Shown here piece by piece: positions 43,114-57,640 of a DNA stretch of 64,000 nucleotides. Origin of the DNA: the human T2T-CHM13v2.0 reference genome, Homo sapiens; the NCBI RefSeq assembly GCF_009914755.1, contig NC_060940.1; one strand, given 5' to 3'. Both the position numbers and the translations under genes were made by a program. Within the stretch, counting starts at the first letter, position 1; each line of letters starts with the position of its first letter. The notes under the pieces were generated by a model, which was not told the origin of the DNA, ran no database searches, and saw only the letters and a list, made by a program, of their open reading frames with translations.

Positions 43114-43519
43114 TTGTGTAGTGTGTCTGTGAGTAGTCTGCCCACTCTCCTTATGACAGGTTTCCAGTATTATCTGTTTCATAACCCATTTCCAACCTTC
43201 TGGGTTTTTTCCTTCAACGTTTCCTGTGACAGTTCTCCATTATATCTTTGTTAGATAATAGTTAGCAACCCATTAATAACTTCCAACTTTTTGAGCCTCT
43301 ACCATATCTTGTTTTCACTGGGATTTCTACACCGTGGCTACTTTGTGGGACCTGACTTATCAAGAACTTAAGCAGCATCTGTTAGAAAAGGTATTTTTTT
43401 TATGAAGTAAGTAGGGAACTAACTACCTGTTCACTGCTGCCCGTTCATTGCTAGCACAATGCCAAGTGTCAAATAAATGTTTCTTGAACAAGTGAATAGA
43501 GTACGCTTCTAGGCTTCTG

Positions 43520-43935
43520 GAAACGGTGAATGTTGCTTTATGTGGCAAAAAGGGACTTTGGAGATGTGATCAAGTTCAGGATCTTGAAATGGGGAGATGA
43601 ACCTGAATTACCGAAGTGGGCCCTAAGTACAATTATAAGTGTTCTTATGAGAGGGAGGCAGAGGGGACTGTGACTACGAAAGAGGAGGAAACAGGGAGAA
43701 GAGGTGAAGCAGGTGTGAGGCAACAATCTGGTGGCTTCTAGCCCCTGAAAGAGGTGAGAAATGGATTATCATTTGGAGGATTCAGAAGGAACCAGCTGTG
43801 CTGACACCTTGATTTTTTTAACCCAGTGAGGTTGATTTTGGGCTTTTGACGTCCAGAATGATAAGAGAATAAATGTGTTGTTTTAAGACCTAAGATCATG
43901 GTTATTTGTTAGAGCAGTGATCAGAAACTCATACA
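43520..43935 (+). mobile_element. MLT1 (B/C/D-like) LTR
   Basis: tatgtggcaaaagggactttg...gctgacaccttgatt...gagaataaatgtgttgttttaag...aactcataca. Confidence 0.8.
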
Positions 43936-45017
43936 AGTATGAATGCTAAGAGTAAAGGCACCTGCCTCCCACATACTGGACCCTTAATATTCCTTTTCAT
44001 GGGAGGTTTTGCAGATTGCTGCCCTCCTTGCTCTCCTTACTCTTCTCCTTTTACTGAAAAGATATTTACTAGATGTCTAGCATGTTAAAGACTGTACCTT
44101 AAAAAAAAATCACACTCTAATTTAGCACAGTTTCAATTGTGGTTAAGCACCATGCCATTCACACTTCAGAACCAAGCTCAGATCCATGTGTGACACTCTG
44201 GAATGTGGCAGCTGATGGAGGAAGGGGGCTGAAGTTGAATCTGCAGTAGTTGAGTTAACCTTCCCATGGTGCCTGCACTAGCAGGGACTGGACTGAGACC
44301 CCAGCTTTCCCAGTCAGGCCTTCATTTTTCTCTCATGGTGAGAGCTTTGGAAATAGGCAGTGCAGTGTGGGAGTCCTTCCCCTAGCATGTTAGTGGCCAG
44401 CACCATGCCACACAGCCACCCAGAGCTGCAAGAGAGTCTGCAGAGGTGATTGCCCCTTGCTAGGTAAGTGTAAACCAAAAATAAATTCTAAGCTCCCCAA
44501 GCAACTGAATGGATCCCTGCCTCTGGGCCAAGGGGATTCCGAAATAAACCTGAAAAACTAGTTCAGGCAGTGATGGGAAGAGGGGGTTGGATATGACTCA
44601 TTATACCCTTCTTTTTTTGGAATTCAGTCACAACTGAACAGCATTAGCATTAAAACAGATCCTAAGGCTGACAAAACAGACTCTTTATAGCAATAAGATA
44701 CCAAATTTCAACCCTACTCTAGTATAGGATCACTTTGCAGATAGCAGGCATGGAAAGAAATCAAATTATTTTACCCCAAAATATATTTCTCTGGTATATT
44801 TCGAAATGGCCCTGCAAAGCTGTTTCTTGTCTACATTCTGTAGAGAACATCCTTCCCTTTCCAGGTCTTTTCCTGATCCAGGAGAGATTCACTAGGAGTC
44901 TGGCACCTTTTTAGTTTTGATAAGAGATATTTACCATTTATTCTCTCTGAGGCCTATTTCCTGGAGGCTTCATCTGCATCATAAGAACCTTGGTCTTTTT
45001 GTGGACTTATCTTAACC

Positions 45018-45359
45018 CAGATAGTCCTTTCTACTGATGCCAGGTGTTTAGCTAATAACACTTTTAACCAATTGCCAATCAGAAGATCCTTGAATCTACC
45101 TGATACGGTTTGGCCGCATCGCCACCCAAAATCAGACAGTCCTATCTGTTGATCTCGGGTGTTTAGCTAATAACTCCTTTAACCAATTTCCAATCACAGA
45201 ATGCTTGAATCCATGTGATATGGTTTGGCTACATCCCCACCCAAAATCAGTCCTTTCTATTGATCTCAGGTGTTTAGTTAATAACTCTTGTAACCAATTA
45301 CCAATCTGAAAATCCTTGAATCCACCTGATATGGTTTGGCTGCATCCCCACCCCAAATC
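45018..45359 (+). repeat. Tandem triplication of a ~115-bp unit
   Basis: agtcctttct...taaccaatt..caatc...ttgaatc...tgata(t/c)ggtttggc...ccacccaaaatc occurs three times. Confidence 0.92.
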
Positions 45360-45673
45360 TCATCTTGAATTGTAATCCCCACAATCCCCACATGTCAAGG
45401 GAGAGACCAGGTGGATGTAATTGAATCATATACTCCCGATAGTGAGTTCTCACGTGATCCGATGGTTATAAATAAGTGTTTGGTAGTTTCTCTGCGTTCA
45501 TTCTGCTTCCTGCCGCTTTGTGAACCTGGTGCTTTGCTTCCACTCTGCCCTGATTATAAGTTTCTTGAGGCCTCCCCAGCCATGCTGAACTGTGAGTAAA
45601 TTAAACATCTTGCCTTTATAAATTACCCAGTTTCAGGCAGTTCTTGGTAGCAATGTGAGAATGGGCTAATATA
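45327..45673 (+). mobile_element. THE1/MST LTR nested in MER4
   Basis: tgatatggtttggctg...gggctaatata; TSD CCACC/CCACG. Confidence 0.85.
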
Positions 45674-48012
45674 CCACGTATGACTTGGAAGCCCTCATCC
45701 CCATCACTTTGAGTTGTCCTTCCTTTATGGACCAAACCAATGTACTCCTTACATATATTGATAGAAGTGTGCCTGTAACTTTTTTCCCCTAAAGTGTATA
45801 AAATCAAGGTGTAACCCAGCCACCTTGGGCACACGTTCCCAGGACCCCTTGAGACTGTCTTAGGCTTTGTTCACTCTTGTTTGGGTCGGGAATAAACTTC
45901 TTTAAATATTTTAGAGTTTCACTCTTTCAATCAACGTACGTGACTACCCAGAATTAAACTGGAATGCTGTTAATAAGAGAAATGAAAGGATGATGGGAGA
46001 TGTGCACCCAGCAATGTCTGTCTTGTGGTCCTGAAGTCTAACTCTAATCCTGGCTCCACTACCTGGACCATGACAGGTTGTTTAATTGTTCTAGTTAGAG
46101 TGTTCTCCTATGTAAATAGGGATAATAATTGGATGTATGGCAGGATTTGGGGGAGGATTAAATTAGGTTATATGCGTGAAGTTCGTAGAGCCAGGGTCTG
46201 GGCATTAATACGCATTTAGTTACTGTCGCTCCTGTGATCTGCACAATTATTGTCATTATCTTCCCTTCCTCCTCCTTCCCCCTCCTTCCCCCTCTCTTTT
46301 TCCTTTTCTTTCTATCATCATCCATAGCTCTCTTGCCCCATTGTTTTAAACCCATCTGTTTTTGTTGCTGGTAACTGTATCCAAAAGTAATACAGAATTT
46401 TCCGTAAGAACATTTATTGTGTTTCCTTCTACCCACGAATTTTCTTATGCTACACACACAACCCACTGAAATTTCACCTCTATTGTATGTGGCTTTTCTA
46501 GAAACGTGTGCTTCTGGGCTTTGTCTCACACCTCCTGGCCAGTGTTTGGCATGTGCTCACACATGCACGCACACACAGCCTGCACTATGTTTGTTGACTG
46601 AATGAATTAATATTTCACAGAATAACAAACACATGCTGATTATACTCCTTGGGAAGCTAATTTGTTTTCAGCTCTGAGAGCAAGGCCAAATCACCAGATT
46701 GATGCCTTTGGCTGTGTATCTAAAGGACGTGCCATTGCAGCTAAGTGGACCTGAATGTACAGTAAGACTTAGTGGTCACCAGAATGCATGCCACCCCGGT
46801 GCTTCTGCATGCAAAGGGTGCGGGCCATGTGCCAGTCACAGTGGAAAAGGCATGCTTCGTGTCAGCACATTTGGCATCTCTCTGGGATCGGGGATTTATA
46901 CCCCAAAACCTTGCTCTAGAGATTTGGCTTCCATTAGCAAGGGTAAGGCTTGTAAGAAAGGAGTTTTACTCACCTTTGCTTGCTCTCACAGCTGTGTCAG
47001 CCCATTTTCATCTCTTTTCAATGTTTTAAGCCCTGAGAGAACCCAGTTCAATTCCCAGCAAGAAATGAGCCTCTGTAACGCAGCCCCAGACCCACCTTCG
47101 AGGGTAGGGGCACCCTTGTTGTCACGATGTACAGGAGCCAGGCTTGGCATCGGAGTGGATGCTTGGGAAGCCCCAGAGAAATAGACGAGTGAGTGCAAGA
47201 GCCAGCTGCCTGCGTGGCTTAGAGGAAGATTTCAAACACCTAGTGCACTGAAAGTCTGACTTAATTTGTGATTTGTGAATAGTCTCCCAGAAGCTATGGG
47301 GTACAGATGTGGGACTTGTGAAAAATACCAGACATCCTGTGGGTTAAAGAAAAAGAAAGGGGGGCGGTGGGTGAAGTGTGAGCAATTTCTGGCAGCTTTG
47401 TGGGCATTTATTATGTCTAGGTGGCACAGTGTGGTTGGACTGGTTGGTTTCCTATCAGTTGCATTCCCTGTATGTCTTCAGCCAATTTTTTTGGTAATCC
47501 AAGGCCTGATGTATATAAACAAATTCCTTTCTTGATCATCTAAGCAATGAACACTTAACAGAGTCAAGCTTGGAGAATTCAGTTCCTACCACAAGGTCCG
47601 GAATGGAGGATTTATAACTGGGAGACAGAAGGTATGCTGAAAGGTACTCAAACTGTCACTTCCTTCACCCCCAGGAGCACTGAAGCAGACACTGATTCCT
47701 CTGCAGTTGTTGGGCTTTTGAGCTACTTCCCTCCTGGGGAGATGCGTGTTAACTGTTTCATGACTGGCAATGCCGTAACAGTGAGCAAGCAATGTGACCT
47801 TACAAATACATGTGCTGAAATGCAGATGAGTGGGCCTAAAGAATCCAGACTCAACTTACTTCTAGTGGTAATGGCTGTAGGAGAGATGGGGAGTAGGAGA
47901 AGAAAAGCCAAAGGCAGACTTTAGTCTGGTTTATAATGCTTTAATTTTTTTTTGAAGGAAGAAAAATGTTCATTACTTAACGTAATAATTATTTTTAAAA
48001 AGCAGCCTGGGG

Positions 48013-48450
48013 GGGTATTCATTTTTCTGTGGCTGCCATAACAAAGTTCTTCAAACTTAGTGTCTTGAGACAAGACATTTATTTTCTTAAAGTTCTGGAG
48101 GTCAGAGGTCTGACACAGGCCTCCCTGGGCTAAAATCCAGGTGTCTTCAGAGCTGTGTTCTTTTGGATACTGTAGAGGAGAATACATTTCCTGGCCTTTT
48201 CCATGTTACAGAGACTGCCCATGTTCCTCGATCCATGGCTCCTTTTCGGTCACCTTCCAGCCAGCAACATTGGGCTGACTCCTTCAATGGCCATGTCTCT
48301 GGTTCTTTGTCTTTTGCCTCCTCCTCTGATTTTTAAGGACCCTTGTGATTTCATTGGTCTCAGCTGGATAGCTATCAAGGGTCACTTTAAGGTCAGCTGA
48401 CTAGCAAACCTAATTCTATCTGCAACCTGAATTCATATAACCTGGCGTAG
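48013..48450 (-). mobile_element. MLT1 LTR
   Basis: ggctgccataacaaag...agttctggaggtcagaggtc...taaggacccttgtgatttcattgg. Confidence 0.75.
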
Positions 48451-48599
48451 TCTCGATTTTATTTTAATTTTTTAATTGAATTCAGCTTTACAGTATCTTT
48501 TGTAGGGGGTAATTTTAGCTTCTTTCTCCGTTGAAAACTTCAAGTAAGGAAACACTTATATTGCTAGTGAGTGGCCAGCTGGAGTTGTAGGTCTAATTC

Positions 48600-48894
<295 letters not shown>

Positions 48895-49580
48895 GGTTGT
48901 AGGCCTAATTCTAGCAATCTCAGCAACTGTAGGATTTCTCTGCATTGGAGGAAGCAAGACTGAAGGTCGTCTGGCTTTATGGACAATGTGCTTAGAAATT
49001 CATGCCATACCTTAGGTCCAGTCTTGTGACTGAACCAACCAGACAGGCCTAGGCTCTGCCCTAAGTGGTCAGCCTCCGAGGTGGTAGCACGCAGGGCCTC
49101 ACTTCCCACTGCCTCTGTCTATGGGCATGTGCTGTGTGCCATTCTCTCCCCTTATCAGTGGGTTCCCAGCTGCCTGGTGTACAGGAGGGTTAAGTAGATA
49201 CCTGTTGAGTGATTGTGAATGTTTTCATTCACGGGGGCAGATTTGTGTCCTACTAACACCAGACATGTCCTGTTTTCAGATTACTTCTTTTTCAACATCT
49301 GAGTACCTATAACATCTAAAGAATAACAGGAAAATCCACCTGGGTGGCCAAAGTCAATGTAATGGGCAGAAAGGGCATGTGGTAGACTTGGAAATCAGAC
49401 ATCTTAGACTCCAACACAGGGCTCTTCCACTTGCTAGCCATGGAACCTCAGACTGGGATCCTTGACTTCCTTATCTATAAAATATGGCTTATAACTCACC
49501 CTGTATTATAGATCTGCTGGGAACATGATAGAACGTCTGAACAGTGCTGGCTTATAGCAAGTGTTCAGAGATGTGTTTCG

Positions 49581-49885
49581 TTGTTTTTCTTTTTTCTTTT
49601 TTTGAGATGGAGTTTCACTCTTGTTGCCCAGGCTGGAGTACAGTGGTACGATCTTAGCTCACCACAAGCTCTGCCTCCCGTTTAAAGCAATTCTCCTGCC
49701 TTGGCCCCTGGAGTAGCTGAGATTACAGGCATGTGCCACCACACCCAGCTAATTTTTGTGTTTTTAGTAGAGACGGGGTTTCTCCATGTTGGTCAGGCTG
49801 GCCTCAAACTCCTGACCTCAGGTGATCTGCCTGCCTTGGCCTCCCAAGGTGTTGGGATTACGGGCATGAGCCACTGCGTCAGGCC
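49581..49885 (-). mobile_element. AluSp-like
   Basis: Antisense dimer with tttctccatgttggtcagg. Confidence 0.94.
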
Positions 49886-50341
49886 TATTGTTTTTCCTAC
49901 GTACCGTGATTGCTTGCTTTCTTTGTCGATGTCCCTGCCATCTAAATGCTGAGTCCCCTTGTCTACATTTTGAGGCTCTTCTATTATGGAAGAGGGCTAG
50001 AGAGGCCATCAGAATTTGGTTTCACTAGCCTTTGATCCTTCCTGTTTAAGGAGCTCAACATTTAGCTTCACTTCCCTGTCATTCATCAGAATTCATTCTC
50101 AGATTGGAATTGTCCAGTCTTAGAGTGATTTTTGTCCCCAGTGACACTTCCCTTATATCCGTGCTGACACAGGTTCAGGAGACCAGGTCGAGTCGAAATC
50201 CTGGCTGTTCCGCTTTCTAACAAGCTGCTTCATCTTTCTGTGCCTCACACATCTATAAAATGGAGCTGGGCATCTGTCTCCTTCAGTTATGGTGAGAATT
50301 AAAATAAAAAACACAAAGCACTTCTAAGAAAGTACAGGAGA

Positions 50342-50643
<302 letters not shown>

Positions 50644-50746
50644 GTACAGGACATACGTAGGACCCCTGAACATTTATCCCCCTGCTGCCAGTACGTTACA
50701 GCAACCACCAAGTCCACCTCTATCAGGATGGTGCCAATTTGTGGGG

Positions 50747-51071
<325 letters not shown>

Positions 51072-51541
51072 GAATGGTGTCATTTTGATGTACTGAGCCA
51101 TCTCAGTTTTTCCAGCAACCTTCCCTCACCTTTGTGGTCAGCTAGAAGGTCAGTTAACACATGGGATGGGAATTCTTGCCAATGTCCTTCGTAAAAGAAG
51201 AACTTCTCCTTCACTCACATGTCCTGATACTTCCTCAGCATTTCATTCTAGCCTTTCTGTCTCCATCCACCATCTATCAATCATCTATCATCTAGCTATC
51301 TATCGATTTCTCTTTTTTGGCTTTAATTTTGTCACTTTTTCTTCTGTCTGCTATAGAAATAGCAAATTTTCTTATGTAAGAAAACTCTGAACGCGAGGCC
51401 AAAGTAGAATTTTCCCTGAAACAGCTACCTTTTCCTTGAAATTGTTCTATATCTAAAATCACTAGGTGAGGAGTAATAGAAATGTAGACATGAGAAGTGA
51501 AACTGTTTTTTTTCCTTGTAAAAGCTTCATTGTGCCCTTTA

Positions 51542-51933
<392 letters not shown>

Positions 51934-52184
51934 CTAATGCCACTCAGCAGGTGCTTACACTGTCTGGTTCATCCTTACAATGACTCCATGTTATCGCCAT
52001 TTTCAGATGGGTAACTCAGGTAGAAATATGATTCCATTAGTTTAAAAAAAAATACATAGAAGATAAGAAAAATCACCAAAAATTCCCAGCCACAGTAGAT
52101 GTATCTGTATTTAACTACTCTCCTCGTGTTGAATATTTATCAGGTTTCTCGTTTTCTTTTGTTTTTGTTGTAAGTGGCACTGCA

Positions 52185-52467
52185 GGCCAGTTGCGGTCAC
52201 TCAAACCTGTAATCCCAGCACTTTGGGAGGCTGAGGTGGGCGGATCACTTGAGGTCAGGAGTTTAAGATTAGCCTGGCCCACATGGTGAAACCCTGTCTC
52301 TACTGAAAATAAAAAAAAAATCAGGCATGTTAGCATGCACCTGTGGTCCCAGCTACTTGGGAGGCTGGGTCAGGAGAATCGCCTTGAACCTGGGAGGTGG
52401 AGGTTGCATTCAGTCGAGACCATGCTAGTGTACTCCAGTCTGGGCAACAGAGCCACATCTCCAAAAA
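52185..52467 (+). mobile_element. AluS with short tail
   Basis: TSD gtggcactgca. Confidence 0.92.
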
Positions 52468-52584
52468 GGTGGCACTGCAGCAAACAGCATCCACATGTGT
52501 GCACAGAATATTGTTCTGTTGTGTACCTCAGATGGCTTTGTTAGGTTAGATTCCCTGAAGTGGAATGGCCAGGGAATTTAAAAA

Positions 52585-52863
52585 GGGTTTTGCTCTTGTC
52601 ACCTGGGCTGGGGTGCAATGGCGCGATCTTGGCTCACTGCAACCTCCGACCCCCCTGGGTTCAAGCGATTCTCCTGCCTCAGGCTCCTGAGTAGCTGGGA
52701 TTACAGGTGCCTGCCACTATGCCTGGGTAATTTTGGTATTTTTAATAGAGATGTGGTTTTGCGGTGTTGGCCAGGCTGTTCTAAAACTCCTGGCCTCAGG
52801 TGTTCTGCCCGTCTCGGCCTCCCAAAGTGCTGGGATTATAGGCCTGAGCCACGGTGCCTGGCC
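52585..52863 (-). mobile_element. Alu lacking its A tail
   Basis: ttttgctcttgtcacctgggctgg...cacggtgcctggcc. Confidence 0.9.
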
Positions 52864-53129
52864 AAGTCTGTTTTTTAAATCTGGAAAATGGGACTTGTTA
52901 ACTTCTGTATTGTCTTTTCTGCTGCTTTATCCAACTTTGCAATCTATAAGCTTCTGTTACTGGAAAATGGTGATGGTAAAGTAATTGCTTTCTTATGTTC
53001 CATCACAGAGGGTAGACTGCTAGCTCTAGTATTTTTCAATGCTGCTTTTTAAGTGATAGATGTATACCATTCAGTACCAACCCTGCACCCTGGGACATGC
53101 CTCCTTGCTGAAACTACCATTTATCTTTG

Positions 53130-53470
53130 TGAATTCATTATTCGTTTTTCCAACAAACTTTTATTGAACATCTAATAAGACCTGGACATTTGGCTGAATG
53201 CTGGAAGTGCAAAGATGAAGGAAAGTTGCTTTTTGGAAGGATATTAGAATCCAAAGGTGAAGCCTGCACAGTAAGTAGGCCAGTGGTGGGATAAGGGATC
53301 CATTGGCCCAGGAAATTGGAGGGACTTGGAGAAGGACCATCTCACCCGTCCAAAGAATGGAGGAGTAAGGGAAGGCTTCTGGAAAGAAGTTGTGTTGAGG
53401 CTGTGTTTGGAAAGGTGAATAGGAGTTAGGCCAGTGAGGAATGGGGTGAACAACTGCAGGAACTTGAGTG
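53130..53470 (-). mobile_element. L2 fragment
   Basis: caacaaacttttattgaacatcta...gggaaggcttctggaaagaag. Confidence 0.6.
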
Positions 53471-53554
53471 ATACTTTGGGGTGAATTCTCTCTCTCTCTC
53501 TGTCTGTCTCTCTCTGTCTCTGTTTCTGTCTCTCTCACTCACATTTTAGGTAAA

Positions 53555-53725
53555 GCAGTGTTTCTTCCCCAGGGGTGATTGTGTTTGTTACAGTGTGATG
53601 GAGACTGGATACTGCATCTAGCAGATAGATGCTGTCAATCATCCTACAATGTGCAGGACCGTGCCCACACAAAGAATGACCCGTCCCCAAATGTCAACAG
53701 TATTCAGGCTGAGAAACCATGTACT
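53555..53725. mobile_element. MER20-like MITE
   Basis: catcctacaatgtgcaggac...ccaaatgtcaacagtattcaggctgagaaacc. Confidence 0.7.
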
Positions 53726-54599
53726 AAGGCACAGGACAAGCATCGGGTTGGATAATGGCAGAGAAAAGTACCTTACCTCCTTCCAGAACCTGAGAGTGTG
53801 TGACTGTGAGTGTGTGTGTGTGTGCACACACTTGCGTAAAGTGAGAAAAATCTGGTGTTTTTTCGAAGTCTGCCTCGTTTAGGCTCTGGACTCCTGCTCT
53901 CTGTTGACTCTGTCCAGAGAGTAAGCGACTCAGCAGGTGTGCCTCCCCATGGGCCCCCTTCACGGTGTCCTCACCTTGATTTATTAGAGCATTTTATTCC
54001 CCCAACAGTGTTTATGACATCCAAGGACTTGGTGGAACCATGAGGAAATGAGAGTGGACAGTGAGACTACTATCATTCATTTTCACTCCCCGTAAACATC
54101 TTCTGTTTCTGTTTTAGAAGACATTGCTAATCCCCTCATGCACTGGCTTTGCGAATTTCTTTTTCAGCCTGGGTTTGAAAGCAAAGTGGTAGTGACTTTT
54201 TCCTGATAGCTGCTGAAAAGGTTCCACAGTATTTGGACCGCTGCCTGCTTCTACCCTGGAGCACAAAAGATCCAGGCGTAGAAATTGGTTCTAACAATAT
54301 CCTTTTAGAGAACACCAAGGGGATGTGAGTCACTTTCCCTTTGATTTAAAGGCACTGCGTCCCTCAAATTCAGAGTTAGAGGGTGACATGTAGTTGATCT
54401 TTACTTCCCGGGGGCAGAGGACCATAATTAAATGGCTGTGGAAACCCAGAAGCAGCCTACAGAAACTCTTAGGAGCCCTCCGTCTGGGAGGAATTTTTTT
54501 TTTTTTTTTTTTTTTTTTTGGTATATCTGTGTTTACAGTTCTAGAAAAGTGTTGGTTTTGAGGGCAATGGAGACAGGAATGAGGAGAAAATGTATAAAG

Positions 54600-54675
54600 G
54601 AGAGGTTGCTGTGAGCCGAGATTGCGTCACTGCACTTCAGCCTGGGCGACAAGAGCGCAATTCTGTCAAAAATAA
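54600..54675 (+). mobile_element. Alu right-arm 3' fragment
   Basis: gaggttgctgtgagccgagattgcg...gcgacaagagcgc. Confidence 0.85.
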
Positions 54676-55121
54676 TATTATTCTGTTGTTTCCTAATTGT
54701 TGATTTGTGGTCCATATATTTGGTTCCTTAACTAAATTGGAGTTCTTAAAACAAATGTTAAGAACACAACATTTAGGCACACAGTACTTGGATTCCAGTA
54801 GCTTTGGATAAATTAATAAAATCCTTCCATTTTCTCAGTTGTAGAATGGGAATAGTACCCACCTTATAGGCTTGCTGTGGGGAGTAAGTGGGATAATAAA
54901 TGTTAAGTGCTTTTAGCTGTACTGTACATACATAATTTCTGTAAGTACTGGCTATTTTAAAAATTATTTTAACACTATTCTGATATAGGAAGTTAAAAAA
55001 TAGCACAGAGGGGATCCCTGTGATTTTTACTCACTTTTCTACAAGCATGACTCCTTATATAACTACAGTACAGGATCCAAACCAGGAAACATGCCTGGGT
55101 ACAATGTGAGTGTATAATTCC

Positions 55122-55882
55122 AGGTAGGTAAAATAATGGCCCTTATTAGGATGTCTGCGTCCTAATCCGCGGAAACTATGGATATGCTTTGTTACATGGA
55201 AGAGGAAAATTAAGATTGCAGATGAAATTCAAGTTACTGATCCTGCGAAGTTAAAATCAGGAGATTACCCAGGGTTATCTGGTTGGGCACAGTGTAATTG
55301 CCAGGATTCCTAAAAGGGGGAGAGAGAGTCGGATGAGTCAGGCAGTGAGATGGCAGCATGAGAAGGACACCGCCACACATTGCTGGCTTTGAAAATGGAG
55401 GGAGGCGGGCATGAGCCACAGAAAGTAGGCAGCCTCTAGAAGGTGGAAAAGGCAATGAGATGGATTCTACCGTAGAGCTACCAGAAGGGAACACACCTTG
55501 CTGATGTCGTTTTACTATTTTATTTATTTTTGAGACAGGGTTTTGCTCTCGCCCAAGCTGGAGTGCAGTGGCGCTATCATGGCTCACTGCGATCCTCCCA
55601 CCTCAACCTCCTAAGTAGCTGGGACTACAGTGTGTACCATCACGCCCGGCTAACTTTTTTGTATTTTTAGTAGAGGTGGGGTTTCATCATGTTGCCCAGG
55701 CTGGTCTCAAACCCCTGGGCTCAAGCGGTCCTCCCTCCTTGGCCTCCCAATCTGCTGAGATTACAGGACCCTGCTGATGTCTTAATCTTAGCCCCTTCAG
55801 ATCCCAGTTGGTCTTCTGACTCCAGAGCTATAAAAGAATAAATGTGTGTTATTTCAAGCCGTGAATTTCTTATTAATGTGTC
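55122..55882 (+). mobile_element. MLT1 LTR inserted in an L1M relic and itself interrupted by an AluJ
   Basis: aaataatggccc...tgctggctttgaaaatggagg...gaataaatgtgtgtt. Confidence 0.75.
55510..55767 (-). mobile_element. AluJ
   Basis: TSD tgctgatgtc; internal deletion relative to consensus. Confidence 0.9.
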
Positions 55883-57503
55883 ACATAGCAATGGAAAAAT
55901 AAACGTTCTATGCCATTTTTATCACATGCGTAGGTTCATTTAACCACCGCCACTACTAAAATACAGGACTGTTCCATCTGCACCGAGGTCTCTCTGTGCT
56001 ACCCCTTGAAGTCACACTTGCCACCCTCCGCCCTTAGCCTTTCTTTCAGCCTGTGAGGAAGCAAAACTTTTACTCTTCAGGCATCACCTCACGCGTCTTT
56101 TCTGCCTGGGAGGCACTTTTTCCAGTTTTCCTGGCGAAATAGTCATCTTTTAAGTTCTCTGACAACCCCTCTCTGAGCATCTAATCCCAATCAGAATTCC
56201 CTCCTAATGTAAACTCTCATTATATCTTTTAACTTTATTTCTTAGCACTTATCATGCTGTATGGATAATGGTATATTTGGGTGAGAGTATTTGTTTCTCT
56301 TTCTCCCTAAGTAGGCTGGAAACTGCATGAGGGCAAAAACTTAGCTTTACTCAATGTTTTCTCAGCTTCATGTACGTGACTGTATACAGAGTCTGAGCCG
56401 AGAAAACCTTCCTTGCATGTACGAGCAAATGAGAGTATTCAAGGTACAGAACTGAAATTTTCTCTGGGTTTTTAAGTGGAAGAGTACACAAGCATTATAA
56501 GCAATTTTACCTGCATTTACTCAACAGACTTTTGTTTTTTATCCCCTTCGGTGTAGGTTGTCATACTAAATTGGTTCAGATTCTGTATCTGGGGGTAGTT
56601 AGACTTCTGTGAACTCCAAGTAGACGGTTGAACATGACTGAACTTGCACAGTGGACACATTGTGCATTTGTTTTTAAGTCCCTAGCTGTTTCCAGAAATA
56701 GTTTGGTTAATTCATACTGATAAAATAAATCCCCGTAAGAGCATTATTCCCCAAAGTGGGCTTCCTTTGCCAAACCTAATTATCTGGAGAAGGTATTGAA
56801 GAAGTCAACTTACCTCTTGGCCAAATGCTTTCTAGAATTATTCAACCAAAGACAGCAGGCTGCACCTAGGGGAAGCCAAACATCTGGATGAAGAATGAAA
56901 TATCCAGATGTTTTCAAGTATCTGGATGTTTCTAACCATCTGTTTCTCTTGGTTATTGACAAATGATCCAGCTGTTTTGCAGAAGATGGTATACCTTGCC
57001 TAACAGAAGAGAGAAGTAACATTCTTAGAAAACTTTGACATCATCTCATCTGTACTAACACAGGATTTCTGTCTTTAATTGAAGCCATGACTTGATCACA
57101 AAAATGAAAATAGCTTCATGTGTTTCTGAAGCTGTTGTCTTGCTTTGGGCGCCAGACTGCACAGGATTTTAGGTTAATTGTCTTGTTTACAATTAGAGTC
57201 TGCATTGTTTGTAGCTTGATTCTATTTATAATGTACTCACACCTTAACCAATAGCCTCACAGATGGCATATGAGAATACTCATACTCAGTGCTGCTAAAA
57301 ACAGCCTGCTGCCTGAACACCAGAGTGTCTTTTAAAGCGTAGAAAAGTTGGGTACATAAAATTTCTGTTGCAAAAAGGAATGTATAGGCCTTAATTGAAA
57401 ATGTATCTTTCTGGAACAGGAGTTTTAGAAGCTGAGTACCACCCACTCCCTTGCTCCACAATTCTCTTTTGTTTAAGGCAACACGTAGGTTCTTAGTTTT
57501 TTA

Positions 57504-57640
57504 AATATATATATATACGTATATATATACGTATATATATGCGTATATATATACGTATATATGCGTATATATATACGTATATATGCGTATATATATACGT
57601 ATATATACGTATATATATATGTGTGTATATATATATATAA
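57504..57640. repeat. (TA)n-(C/G)-interrupted alternating purine-pyrimidine tract
   Basis: tatatatacg / tatatatgcg units, 8 CpG interruptions. Confidence 0.97.

Larger units (their letters stand above)
44469..45936 (+). mobile_element. MER4-family (MER4D-like) ERV1 LTR containing a MaLR insertion
   Basis: tgtaaaccaaaaataaattctaag start; aataaacttctttaaatattttagagttt...tcaac end. Confidence 0.8.

Noticed and set aside
42738-43145. Repetitive ORF, or CRISPR-like periodicity
   Set aside because: It is the translation of a minisatellite, with no unique spacers, in a eukaryotic intron.
46699-47184. 161-aa ORF in unique sequence
   Set aside because: TTG start, no recognisable homology, and no poly(A)/TSD hallmarks of a retrocopy.
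54494-54600. Poly-T followed by unique sequence as a possible antisense retrocopy
   Set aside because: No poly(A) signal at the right distance, no TSD, and no recognisable parent.
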